Positions 36,580 to 44,597 are shown, counted from the first letter of the stretch. The stretch is DNA of 64,000 nt from an uncultured Prevotella sp. (GCA_905236755.1 CAJOCR010000003.1:77550-141549), one strand, 5' to 3'. Made by a program: numbers and translations. Notes: generated by a model from the sequence alone, not told the origin.

Positions 36580-37224
36580 ATGCTGAAAATACAGAAATTC
36601 GTATGCAATATGATTCAGGAAAACTGTTATGTCGTCAGCGACGAAACAGGTGAAGGAATCATCGTTGATTGTGGTGCATACTACGAAGAAGAAATACAAG
36701 CCATCATCAACTACGTTCAACAGAACAACATAAAACTGAAACACATTGTTGCCACACATGGACATTTCGACCATAACTTCGGCAACTATGCAATATACGA
36801 AGCATTTGGGCTGAAACCAGAAGTACCTGCTAAAGACCAAGAACTTCTCGCTAATCTGCCTCTTCAGGTTCAAACCATTCTTGGAACAACATACCAAGAA
36901 CAGATGCCACCTGTAGGCAGATACCTTCAGGAAGACGACATCATATCATTTGGTAATCACACTTTCACCCTCATTGCTACACCTGGGCACACTCCTGGTA
37001 GCTCATTCCTATATTGCAAGGAAGAGAGCGTAGCCTTCTCAGGCGACACACTCTTCAAAGGCTCTATCGGACGCACCGACCTTGAGGGCGGCAGTATGTT
37101 CCAGATAATACAAAGCCTGCGCATGATTTGTCAGCTTCCTGACAACACCCGCATCCTTCCCGGACACGGACCAGAAACAACTATAGGTAACGAACTCTCA
37201 AGCAATCCATATCTTGATCGCTAA
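36580..37224 (+). CDS. MBL-fold metallo-hydrolase (GloB/YcbL-like)
   Basis: [36 protein letters not shown]. Confidence 0.92.
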   Translation: MLKIQKFVCNMIQENCYVVSDETGEGIIVDCGAYYEEEIQAIINYVQQNNIKLKHIVATHGHFDHNFGNYAIYEAFGLKPEVPAKDQELLANLPLQVQTILGTTYQEQMPPVGRYLQEDDIISFGNHTFTLIATPGHTPGSSFLYCKEESVAFSGDTLFKGSIGRTDLEGGSMFQIIQSLRMICQLPDNTRILPGHGPETTIGNELSSNPYLDR

Positions 37225-37804
37225 AGAAAAAATAATATTAGGCATAGACCCAGGAACGAACGTCATGGGATATGGAGTCATCAGCATCATTGGCAACAAA
37301 GCAAAGATGGTGGCAATGGGAGTCATCGACCTAAGAAAAATGACCGATCCATATCTGCGCCTTGGAAAGATATATGAACGAGTAACAGGAATCATTGATT
37401 CCTACCTTCCCGATGAAATGGCTATCGAAGCACCATTCTTCGGCAAGAACGTTCAGTCTATGCTTAAACTGGGAAGAGCGCAAGGCGTAGCTATTGCAGC
37501 CGCTATTCGTCACGACATACCAATACACGAATATGCACCACTAAAAATTAAAATGGCTATCACAGGACAAGGCCAAGCCTCTAAGGGACAAGTAGCTGGC
37601 ATGCTTCAGCGTCTGTTGCACCTCGACGAGAAGGAAATGCCAAAATACATGGATGCCACCGACGCTCTCGGTGCAGCCTATTGCCACTTCCTACAGATGT
37701 CGCGTCCTGAATCCCCTGCCAAACACTACAGCAGCTGGAAGGATTATGCAGTAAAAAACAAAGCAAGAGTGCGAAGCGATGCTTCGCAAATGGGTAAAGA
37801 GTAA
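37214..37804 (+). CDS. ruvC: Holliday junction resolvase
   Basis: ILGIDPG, AIEAPF, KLGRAQG, EYAP..IKMAITG.G.ASK.QV, DATDAL. TTG start. Confidence 0.95.
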   Translation: MIAKEKIILGIDPGTNVMGYGVISIIGNKAKMVAMGVIDLRKMTDPYLRLGKIYERVTGIIDSYLPDEMAIEAPFFGKNVQSMLKLGRAQGVAIAAAIRHDIPIHEYAPLKIKMAITGQGQASKGQVAGMLQRLLHLDEKEMPKYMDATDALGAAYCHFLQMSRPESPAKHYSSWKDYAVKNKARVRSDASQMGKE

Positions 37805-37882
37805 TTAAAAAGAAAAACAAGAAAAACCTATAAAAATTCAATATTGCATATTACAATAACCAACTAAAAAATTCAAACAATA

Positions 37883-39424
37883 ATGTCAGATAGTAAAATC
37901 AAACAGGAAGTGTCCCCTTTCCTTTTGGAGAGGGACGGGGTGAGGCCGGTAATTTCCTTTTCTTCCGCCATCCCCCGCATGCCCGAGTGGCGTATGGCAC
38001 AACCAGTAAACTTTCAGTTATCTAATGGTGAACACATCGCCATTGTAGGTCCCAACGGCAGTGGCAAATCAATGTTAGTAGATATCATCATTGGGCGACA
38101 CCCCTTACTCATGCAAGAGCCACAATACGATTTTTCACCAAGCACCAAACCACTTGTTTCCGATAATATTAAATACATCACTTTTCGTGATTCCTATGGC
38201 GGTGACAACGACCGCACATACTATCTGCAACAACGATGGAATCAACAGGAGATAGATGTCGAGACGCCTACAGTTGGCGCTAAGCTCGAAGAAGCCTATC
38301 ATCTTGCAGGAGAAGACACACCAGCACGACGACAACTGCAACAGCACATCTATCAGCTCTTTCACATGGAAGGACTCCTTGATAAATACATCATCCTTCT
38401 TTCCAGTGGCGAACTGCGTAAGTTCAAACTTGCAGCAACCCTCTTCTCTGCCCCACGTGTGCTCATCATGGACAATCCATTTATTGGTCTTGATGCCGAG
38501 ACACGTGAACAGCTAAAGCAACTGCTTGCACAGCTCACACATGAACAAGCCCTACAGATAATACTTGTCTTGAGCAAGATTGATGATATTCCCGACTTCA
38601 TCACACACGTTGTTGAAGTAAAAAATAAAACCGTACTTCCAAAGAAAACACTAAAAGACTATTTGGAAACACGCCCAGCCTTCCCTTCACGAGTGTTAAG
38701 CAAAGAGAAAGAACAAGCCATCGTCAACTTACCATATAAAAACAACGAATACCACACACACGAAGTGGTTAAAATGAACAACGTAAGCATACGATATGGC
38801 GACAGAACTATACTAAAGGAACTAAGCCTCACAATAAACAACGGTGAACGATGGGCACTAAGCGGACAAAACGGCTCAGGCAAATCCACCCTACTAAGTC
38901 TTATCTGTGCCGACAATCCACAGTCCTACGCCTGCGACATCACCCTCTTCGACAACCCTCGAGGAAGTGGAGAAAGCATCTGGGACATTAAGAAACACAT
39001 AGGATATGTATCACCCGAAATGCACCGTGCCTACCAAAGAGATATGCCTGCCATCAGAATAGTAGCAAGCGGACTGAAAGACTCTGTTGGCCTATACGTC
39101 AAACCCGACGAAAAAGAATACGATATCTGTCGCTTCTGGATGAATATCTTCGGACTTGAAGGACTTGAAAACCGCACCTTCCTAAAGCTATCAAGTGGAG
39201 AGCAGCGCCTGGTACTTCTAGCCCGAGCCTTTGTCAAAGACCCCGAGCTCCTCATTCTCGACGAACCCCTTCATGGTCTCGACAACACAAACCGCCAACT
39301 CGTCAAAGACATTATCAATACCTTCTGCAAGAGAAGCAACAAAACAATGATCATGGTCACACACTATCAGGACGAACTACCAGAGTGCATTGATCATAAG
39401 ATAATACTGAAAAGACAAAAATAA
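37883..39424 (+). CDS. ModF-like double ABC ATPase
   Basis: GPNGSGKS and GQNGSGKS, two LSSGE signatures, MDNPFIGLD and LDEPLHGLD. The N-terminal ~22 aa include a palindromic repeat. Confidence 0.88.
   Translation: MSDSKIKQEVSPFLLERDGVRPVISFSSAIPRMPEWRMAQPVNFQLSNGEHIAIVGPNGSGKSMLVDIIIGRHPLLMQEPQYDFSPSTKPLVSDNIKYITFRDSYGGDNDRTYYLQQRWNQQEIDVETPTVGAKLEEAYHLAGEDTPARRQLQQHIYQLFHMEGLLDKYIILLSSGELRKFKLAATLFSAPRVLIMDNPFIGLDAETREQLKQLLAQLTHEQALQIILVLSKIDDIPDFITHVVEVKNKTVLPKKTLKDYLETRPAFPSRVLSKEKEQAIVNLPYKNNEYHTHEVVKMNNVSIRYGDRTILKELSLTINNGERWALSGQNGSGKSTLLSLICADNPQSYACDITLFDNPRGSGESIWDIKKHIGYVSPEMHRAYQRDMPAIRIVASGLKDSVGLYVKPDEKEYDICRFWMNIFGLEGLENRTFLKLSSGEQRLVLLARAFVKDPELLILDEPLHGLDNTNRQLVKDIINTFCKRSNKTMIMVTHYQDELPECIDHKIILKRQK
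37912..37947 (+). repeat. Family A palindromic repeat, copy 5, inside the CDS
   Basis: GTCCCCTTTCCTTTTGGAGAGGGACGGGGTGAGGCC, read as (V)SPFLLERDGVRP. Confidence 0.75.
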
Positions 39425-39524
39425 ATGTCTATCAGTTTATTATTTTAACTGATTACATTAAATCGAAACATAACTCACTATTAAATAGTCACTTAGGCTA
39501 ATGAATTATTAAAAGTTATCAATT

Positions 39525-39598
39525 TATCAGTTTTTCAGTTATTTCATTACAAAATGCCTTTGGGCAGAAAATGAAAAAAAATAACTGATAAACTGATA
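39525..39598. repeat. 74-bp inverted-repeat element with central TGCC-TTTG-GGCA mini-hairpin
   Basis: TATCAGTTTTTCAGTTATTT versus reverse complement of 39579-39598, 19/20 match. Confidence 0.8.
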
Positions 39599-39644
39599 TT
39601 TTTCTTTAATATTAACGCTATTATACAAGCAAATAATAAGAGTT

Positions 39645-39756
39645 CATCTCGAAGGCATCTCGAACGAATCTCGAAGGTGAAGGCAGAGCAAAAAATGCTT
39701 TTGGCTCTGCTGAGGCAAGAGAATCGTCGACTGTAAAGTCAACAGCATCTCGAAGG
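39645..39756. repeat. 11-bp array interrupted by a 68-bp stem-loop element
   Basis: Three NATCTCGAA(G/C)G units (39645-39677), a GCAGAGC...GCTCTGC hairpin block (39678-39745), then a fourth CATCTCGAAGG (39746-39756). Confidence 0.8.
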
Positions 39757-39779
39757 CGGAAACAAAGTAAAATTATTAT

Positions 39780-40196
39780 CTATGCCGAAACAAGTGCTTC
39801 CTTTCTACAGAAATAACCGATTGGAATTACACTTAAAATGCCTGTAATAACATATACAACAGGAATAAGAAACACAAAAGGTGAAACGCAATGTGCCCCT
39901 GGCTCGTCTGAGGGTTCAAGGAAATAATATAGCAATACTGCAATAGATACTGCATTTACGCTAATCCATACTGCAAATGTTTGGAGCTGCCACGACACGT
40001 TTCTCAGTAAATAATAAACAAGAGTGCCCACTATAACATATACCAACAAATTATACAGAATTATAAACAATCCTACAATTCCAAGCCACCAAGTACCTAA
40101 GTTTAATGCTGATGCACCAAATGAGCACTTAGCCATACAAACGGCTTTCTTTGTAATTTCTTTATCCTTTATGTTATTCCAAAAAGGTATTTCCAT
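39780..40196 (-). CDS. Orphan small membrane protein (3-4 TM)
   Basis: 138 aa from MEIPFWNN, hydrophobic segments, AT-rich; no family recognised. Confidence 0.55.
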   Translation of the reverse strand: MEIPFWNNIKDKEITKKAVCMAKCSFGASALNLGTWWLGIVGLFIILYNLLVYVIVGTLVYYLLRNVSWQLQTFAVWISVNAVSIAVLLYYFLEPSDEPGAHCVSPFVFLIPVVYVITGILSVIPIGYFCRKEALVSA

Positions 40197-40447
40197 TTTT
40201 ACTTCCTTCGTTTTATGCCTGTACCGGCGAACGCATTGCAAGCAATGCTATTATCTCCTTCGCTTATTCAGATGCACCAACTCCGTTGACTGCATCTGCT
40301 CAGTCGATGACCTTCGGTTGATGCCGATATAATATTTAAATCTTTCATTATTTCAATATTTACATCTTTTCTTCCACTCAGTCAGCGACCCTCGGTTCAA
40401 TATTTCAATATTAAAAGAAAGTGCAGTGCACTAAAATAAAGTTGAAA

Positions 40448-40484
40448 GTCTTCCCCATTCCTTCTCTTCATAAAGGAAGGGAGT
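40448..40484 (-). repeat. Family A palindromic repeat, copy 6 (TTATGAA-loop variant)
   Basis: Reverse complement ACTCCCTTCCTTTATGAAGAGAAGGAATGGGGAAGAC, 5 bp beyond the stop at 40490. Confidence 0.65.
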
Positions 40485-40489
40485 AGTAA

Positions 40490-41710
40490 TCAGTTTCTTC
40501 TTATTTTCAATTCGATAGCCTCGGGGTGTTGCGATGCAAAGGTGGGGGCATCGGTAACAACAAGGGCGAGATAGCCACCGCCACCAGCTCCTGGCATTTT
40601 CCATGCAAGAACATCTGGGAACTGTGAATAGCGGTCGATATATGGCTGCACAAGTGCCTCGGATTTGCCGTTGATGGTTGGTGTTAACATTCCTGGAAAC
40701 ATGGCTACCTGTGCTTCAAATGAGGCTTGGTATGCCTGTGCAAATGCAGCAAGATTGCGTTTGTTGATGGCTTCCCAACAGTCGTCAGCGGCCTTAGCAA
40801 GGACTGCTACCTTTGTTGGGGTGATGTCTTTGTCTTCTACAACGCTACATCCTGAGCGACGTGGTTCCATTGGAACCATGACAAGGTGAGACTCAAGGAA
40901 GCGGAGTGTCATCTCGTCTTGTGTGCTCTCTATCTTTGATGGCCAGAAATTGTTGTCGTAATAATGACGACAAAGTCCTGGAACGCATATTCCAATGGCA
41001 TCTTGTGCACCCGAGATAATTCCGTCGTGGCGCTCTGGATTATTCTCGAAACAGAATACAAGACGGGCAAGCATCTCTGGATCCATCTTAGGAAGACGAA
41101 CGGGCCATATCTTCTGGATTACTTTTCTTGTTGAGGTGGAAAGACCACAACGATCGCGTACCTCGAAGGTTGGTTCAAGGGATATGGTTAGTGCCCATCC
41201 TGGATGATACTGACTAACATAGGGCTGATCTATCCATGTGCCAGCAAGGTCAAGACGGGTAGGTATTCCCGCTGAAGCATCAACAGCATCGCTGGCTTTA
41301 TTCAGTTCGGCTTTCAGCGATGATGATGAACGAGCCTGAAGTCCAGCATGTGGTGTGCGCTGAAGTTCAATATATTGTATTCCTCTCTTGGCACATATCT
41401 TACGTTTCTCTTCTGAACCTCCCTCGGCATTTACAACAAAGATGTCGGGCTTTACAATATCGAGTGTTGGCAGGAAGTCAATGATTCCCCTACCCTCATT
41501 GATATATGCTTTCTTTACTGCTTTGATATTGCTAACCATAAAGAGTCGCTCTTCCTGAGGAAACATTGGCTTGCGATGCTTATACTCAAGATAGGTGGCA
41601 TCAGAACCGATGCCTACATAGAGTTCACCATACTGTGATGCCTGGTGAAAGAACTCGATATGTCCAGAATGCAACAGGTCGTAACAACCTGAGACAAATA
41701 CTTTTTTCAT
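40490..41710 (-). CDS. Bifunctional cytidylyl/adenylyltransferase-like domain + GHMP (fucokinase/HddA-like) sugar kinase
   Basis: N-terminal SGCYDLLHSGH (HIGH-type) motif. C-terminal PTRLDLAGTWIDQP, RCGLSTS, SGAQD and WKMPGAGGGGY GHMP motifs. Start MKKVF (41710) or MIKQEN (41728). Confidence 0.8.
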   Translation of the reverse strand: MKKVFVSGCYDLLHSGHIEFFHQASQYGELYVGIGSDATYLEYKHRKPMFPQEERLFMVSNIKAVKKAYINEGRGIIDFLPTLDIVKPDIFVVNAEGGSEEKRKICAKRGIQYIELQRTPHAGLQARSSSSLKAELNKASDAVDASAGIPTRLDLAGTWIDQPYVSQYHPGWALTISLEPTFEVRDRCGLSTSTRKVIQKIWPVRLPKMDPEMLARLVFCFENNPERHDGIISGAQDAIGICVPGLCRHYYDNNFWPSKIESTQDEMTLRFLESHLVMVPMEPRRSGCSVVEDKDITPTKVAVLAKAADDCWEAINKRNLAAFAQAYQASFEAQVAMFPGMLTPTINGKSEALVQPYIDRYSQFPDVLAWKMPGAGGGGYLALVVTDAPTFASQHPEAIELKIRRN

Positions 41711-41853
41711 GTTTTCTTGTTTTATCATTTCTTGTTCCAACAAGTCTTTATCTTTACTCAACGAATTTTTTACTCGAATATCTCGACGAATTGAAGAGAA
41801 CTCTGTTCGAATAATTATTCGCAAATTTATCGATAATTATCTTTCCCCTGTGG

Positions 41854-43071
41854 TTAACCCTCTCCCTTTGGAGAGGGATGGGAGAGGCTATTCATTGCGT
41901 AGCATGCAACCACCACAAAGCTGATTGTTGGAACGATATATGAATAATAAATATTAGTTGAATCGGATATGAATCCCTGAAGTGGCGTAAGAAGAGCACC
42001 TCCGAGAATAGCCATGATAAGTCCGCTGGCTCCTATCTTGGAATCTTCTGGATGGCTGCCATTATTGATGTCGCCAAGTGCTATGCCATAGATTGTTGGA
42101 AACATAAGACTCATAAAAACACTTATCAATATCAGGGCTGTCATCATTATCCAACCAGTTCCTGCTGTGAAGACTACTGTTGCAGACATAAGAGCAGAAA
42201 GAATTCCACCAATCATTAGAAGCTTTGACGGACGAATCCATTTCATGAGCCATGTATATATGAATCGTGACAGACAGAAACCGATGATGGTAATAAGATA
42301 GATATTGCTTGCCTGAGCTTCAAGAATATTGAACTCCTGCATGATGATGCGAATAGTGAAACTCCATACTCCTATCTGTGCTCCAACATAGAAGAACTGT
42401 GCTATAACACCTCTACGATAGAGTTTGTTTGCAAATAGTCTGCGGAAGGTGGCTCTTACATTGTCTTGCTTGCCGTTGTCCTTTCCTATTGGCATTTTTG
42501 CAAAGAATATTACCAACAACAAGAAAAGGAGTACACCGCCAAGACTGGCATAGGTTCCACTTATGGAATATAGACTTATATCATCGAGAATGAAATATTT
42601 GCTTAAAAGTATGCCAAGAATAGAACCTATTGGATTGAAGCTCTGTGCTATGTTCAGTCGGCGTGTTGCCGTCTCTGGCGAACCCATACTGAGTATATAT
42701 GGATTGGCTGTTGTCTCAAGCACACTACACCCACCTGCCATGATATATATGGCTATGAGATAAAACGTGTAGCTGGCTACTTTGGCTGCAGGATAGAACA
42801 AGATTGCTCCTGTAGCATAGAGTAAGAGTCCAAGTATGATACTTGACTTATAACTCTTCTTTCTAATCAACAATGCTATAGGTAAAGAGAAACAGAAATA
42901 GCTGCCATAAAAAGCAAACTGAATGAGACTTGTCTGTGCATCAGACATATCCATTATACGTTTAAAGGCTGCAAGAAGAGTGTCTGTCATATTGTTGGCA
43001 AGTCCCCACAGAAGAAAGAGTGACGTGACTAGAACAAAAGGCAGAATGTATTTTTTATCAAGTGTTTTCAT
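41854..43071 (-). CDS. FucP/GluP-type sugar:H+ symporter (MFS)
   Basis: LFLLWGLANNM, QFAFYGSYF, LETTANPYI..MG...TA.RRLNIAQSFNPIG, QFFYVGAQIG.WSF, SLMFPTIYGIAL. Confidence 0.9.
   Translation of the reverse strand: MKTLDKKYILPFVLVTSLFLLWGLANNMTDTLLAAFKRIMDMSDAQTSLIQFAFYGSYFCFSLPIALLIRKKSYKSSIILGLLLYATGAILFYPAAKVASYTFYLIAIYIMAGGCSVLETTANPYILSMGSPETATRRLNIAQSFNPIGSILGILLSKYFILDDISLYSISGTYASLGGVLLFLLLVIFFAKMPIGKDNGKQDNVRATFRRLFANKLYRRGVIAQFFYVGAQIGVWSFTIRIIMQEFNILEAQASNIYLITIIGFCLSRFIYTWLMKWIRPSKLLMIGGILSALMSATVVFTAGTGWIMMTALILISVFMSLMFPTIYGIALGDINNGSHPEDSKIGASGLIMAILGGALLTPLQGFISDSTNIYYSYIVPTISFVVVACYAMNSLSHPSPKGEG
41858..41889 (+). repeat. Family A palindromic repeat, copy 7, encoding the permease C-terminus
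   Basis: CCCTCTCCCTTTGGAGAGGGATGGGAGAGGCT; the minus frame reads SLSHPSPKGEG*. Confidence 0.85.
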
Positions 43072-43403
43072 TCCTCAGAATCAAATATTTTATCCATCAG
43101 CTGCCATTTCTCAGCTGATGTGGCATTGGCATCACAATCCTGAAACTGACTAACGTAAGCTTCCCATTCTGCTTGACGAGGAAGTGTGGCAAGTCGCGCC
43201 ATATCACGTTCCCAATTGAAATCGTCACAAGTGTCAACTATCATGAAAAGCTGGCTTCCATGAGCATATATCTCCATAGACTGAATGCCTACCTGATGCT
43301 GACCTTCAATTATTTCAGGCCACACGTGTTTATGTACTTCAAGATACTTATTAATGAGTTCTGGCTCATTTTTAAGTGTAAGTGTCTGACAAAAACGCAT
43401 CAT
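43068..43403 (-). CDS. L-rhamnose/L-fucose mutarotase (RhaM/DUF718 family)
   Basis: Y...HKHVWPE, GI..MEIY...QLFMIVDT.DDF, WE.Y...FQ, KW.LM..IF; 4-bp overlap with the permease. Confidence 0.88.
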   Translation of the reverse strand: MMRFCQTLTLKNEPELINKYLEVHKHVWPEIIEGQHQVGIQSMEIYAHGSQLFMIVDTCDDFNWERDMARLATLPRQAEWEAYVSQFQDCDANATSAEKWQLMDKIFDSEE

Positions 43404-43558
43404 ATATTAATCGCTATGATTTAAATTAAAATCACTTCGGTTTAGATTGCATAATTTATGAACCACTTCGTGTTAAGAAATGGTGTAGCACTTCTTAAGC
43501 GCTTACCTTCTAAAATCGAAGCGGCTTCATAGCCGCATCGATTTTAGCTACAAAGATA
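43404..43558 (-). promoter_or_regulatory. Promoter (-7 TATCTTTG 43551-43558) and ~145-nt structured 5' leader of the sugar operon
   Basis: A 16-bp hairpin (43510-43547) begins at the expected start site; there is a second hairpin and a CGAAGTG direct repeat. Confidence 0.6.
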
Positions 43559-43607
43559 GGTTATTTTATTGATATTTCAAAAAGGAAACGGAAAAGTATC
43601 ACTTTTT

Positions 43608-44501
43608 TTATTCTAATAGGATTTCAGAATCCTCTATCCATTCTGAAAAATCAAGAGATGGAGCCAATGACTGTGAAAATATATAAGCAGCAACCCGAAT
43701 AATATGGCCAGACTTAAACTCAACATTATTATAGGTGTGTGAATAAAGCGTGACTTTATTAACATCTTCACACTTAATCTTTACGCTGCATTTCTTTGGA
43801 TATTCATTTAGAAATGCATAAACATTAATAGTCGGCATTTGACCAGTATACCCTCTTACATCTACATCACGAGTAAAAGAACTATTACTTGAAAGCAGTC
43901 CTGTTGAAGGATTAAAGGTTATAGCTGATGCAGGCAGCTGTCCTTCATTTATTGTAATACTAATGTATGCAACATCAGAAGGTATTTTGTCAATAATATT
44001 AAATACCATCTTAGTACCAGAGAGCGGTAGTGATATTTGCACGTTTTGTGCTGCACCATTATCAGGATCTATAGATATATCTTTTTCCGTAGAATAAACC
44101 TCTCTTATTCCAGTTTGTCCTATAGTGGCAATAGTTGGTGACGTAATATCGGCAACGGCATCGGTTCCATAATCATTATATGCAACAACAACTATCTTGT
44201 AATCTCCTTTAACAAGACGGATTCCTGTAAATATTCCAAAAGTTATATTTTCATCCGATTTCAACTGTTCACCTTTATATACTCTTTTATTATCTGAATC
44301 AAATATACAAAGGCATATTCGCGTTGCTTCTGATTCATTAGCAGATACACGAGACTTGCTTACCAAAGGCTCGTCCTCTATTGTAAGCGCATTAACTGAA
44401 AGGGTCACGAATTCTGATTCGCGAAGATCTGTCTCAAGATTGTCACATGAAGAAGACACCAATGCTAATAGCATAAGTGACGCTAAAATTGTTTTTCTCA
44501 T
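43608..44501 (-). CDS. FimB/Mfa2-like (type V pilus) lipoprotein
   Basis: Lipobox VSSSC (Cys19), SKSR putative maturation site, RI.LCIFD, GDYKIVVVA; AT-rich (27-33% GC in two hand-counted lines). Confidence 0.6.
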   Translation of the reverse strand: MRKTILASLMLLALVSSSCDNLETDLRESEFVTLSVNALTIEDEPLVSKSRVSANESEATRICLCIFDSDNKRVYKGEQLKSDENITFGIFTGIRLVKGDYKIVVVAYNDYGTDAVADITSPTIATIGQTGIREVYSTEKDISIDPDNGAAQNVQISLPLSGTKMVFNIIDKIPSDVAYISITINEGQLPASAITFNPSTGLLSSNSSFTRDVDVRGYTGQMPTINVYAFLNEYPKKCSVKIKCEDVNKVTLYSHTYNNVEFKSGHIIRVAAYIFSQSLAPSLDFSEWIEDSEILLE

Positions 44502-44565
44502 TTTTGTGATTTTAGGTTATTATTGTTATAGTATTATATAATTTTCGGTTTTCCTGGTAAACAGC

Positions 44566-44597
44566 AAACCGCAGACCCCCTAATAGGAGCTGCGGTT
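44566..44597 (-). terminator. Terminator after the CapD-like gene
   Basis: AACCGCAG...CTGCGGTT stem. Confidence 0.6.

Noticed and set aside
23356-39756. 11-bp arrays as CRISPR repeats
   Set aside because: Units are contiguous and 11 bp, there are no unique spacers, and no cas genes are in the window.
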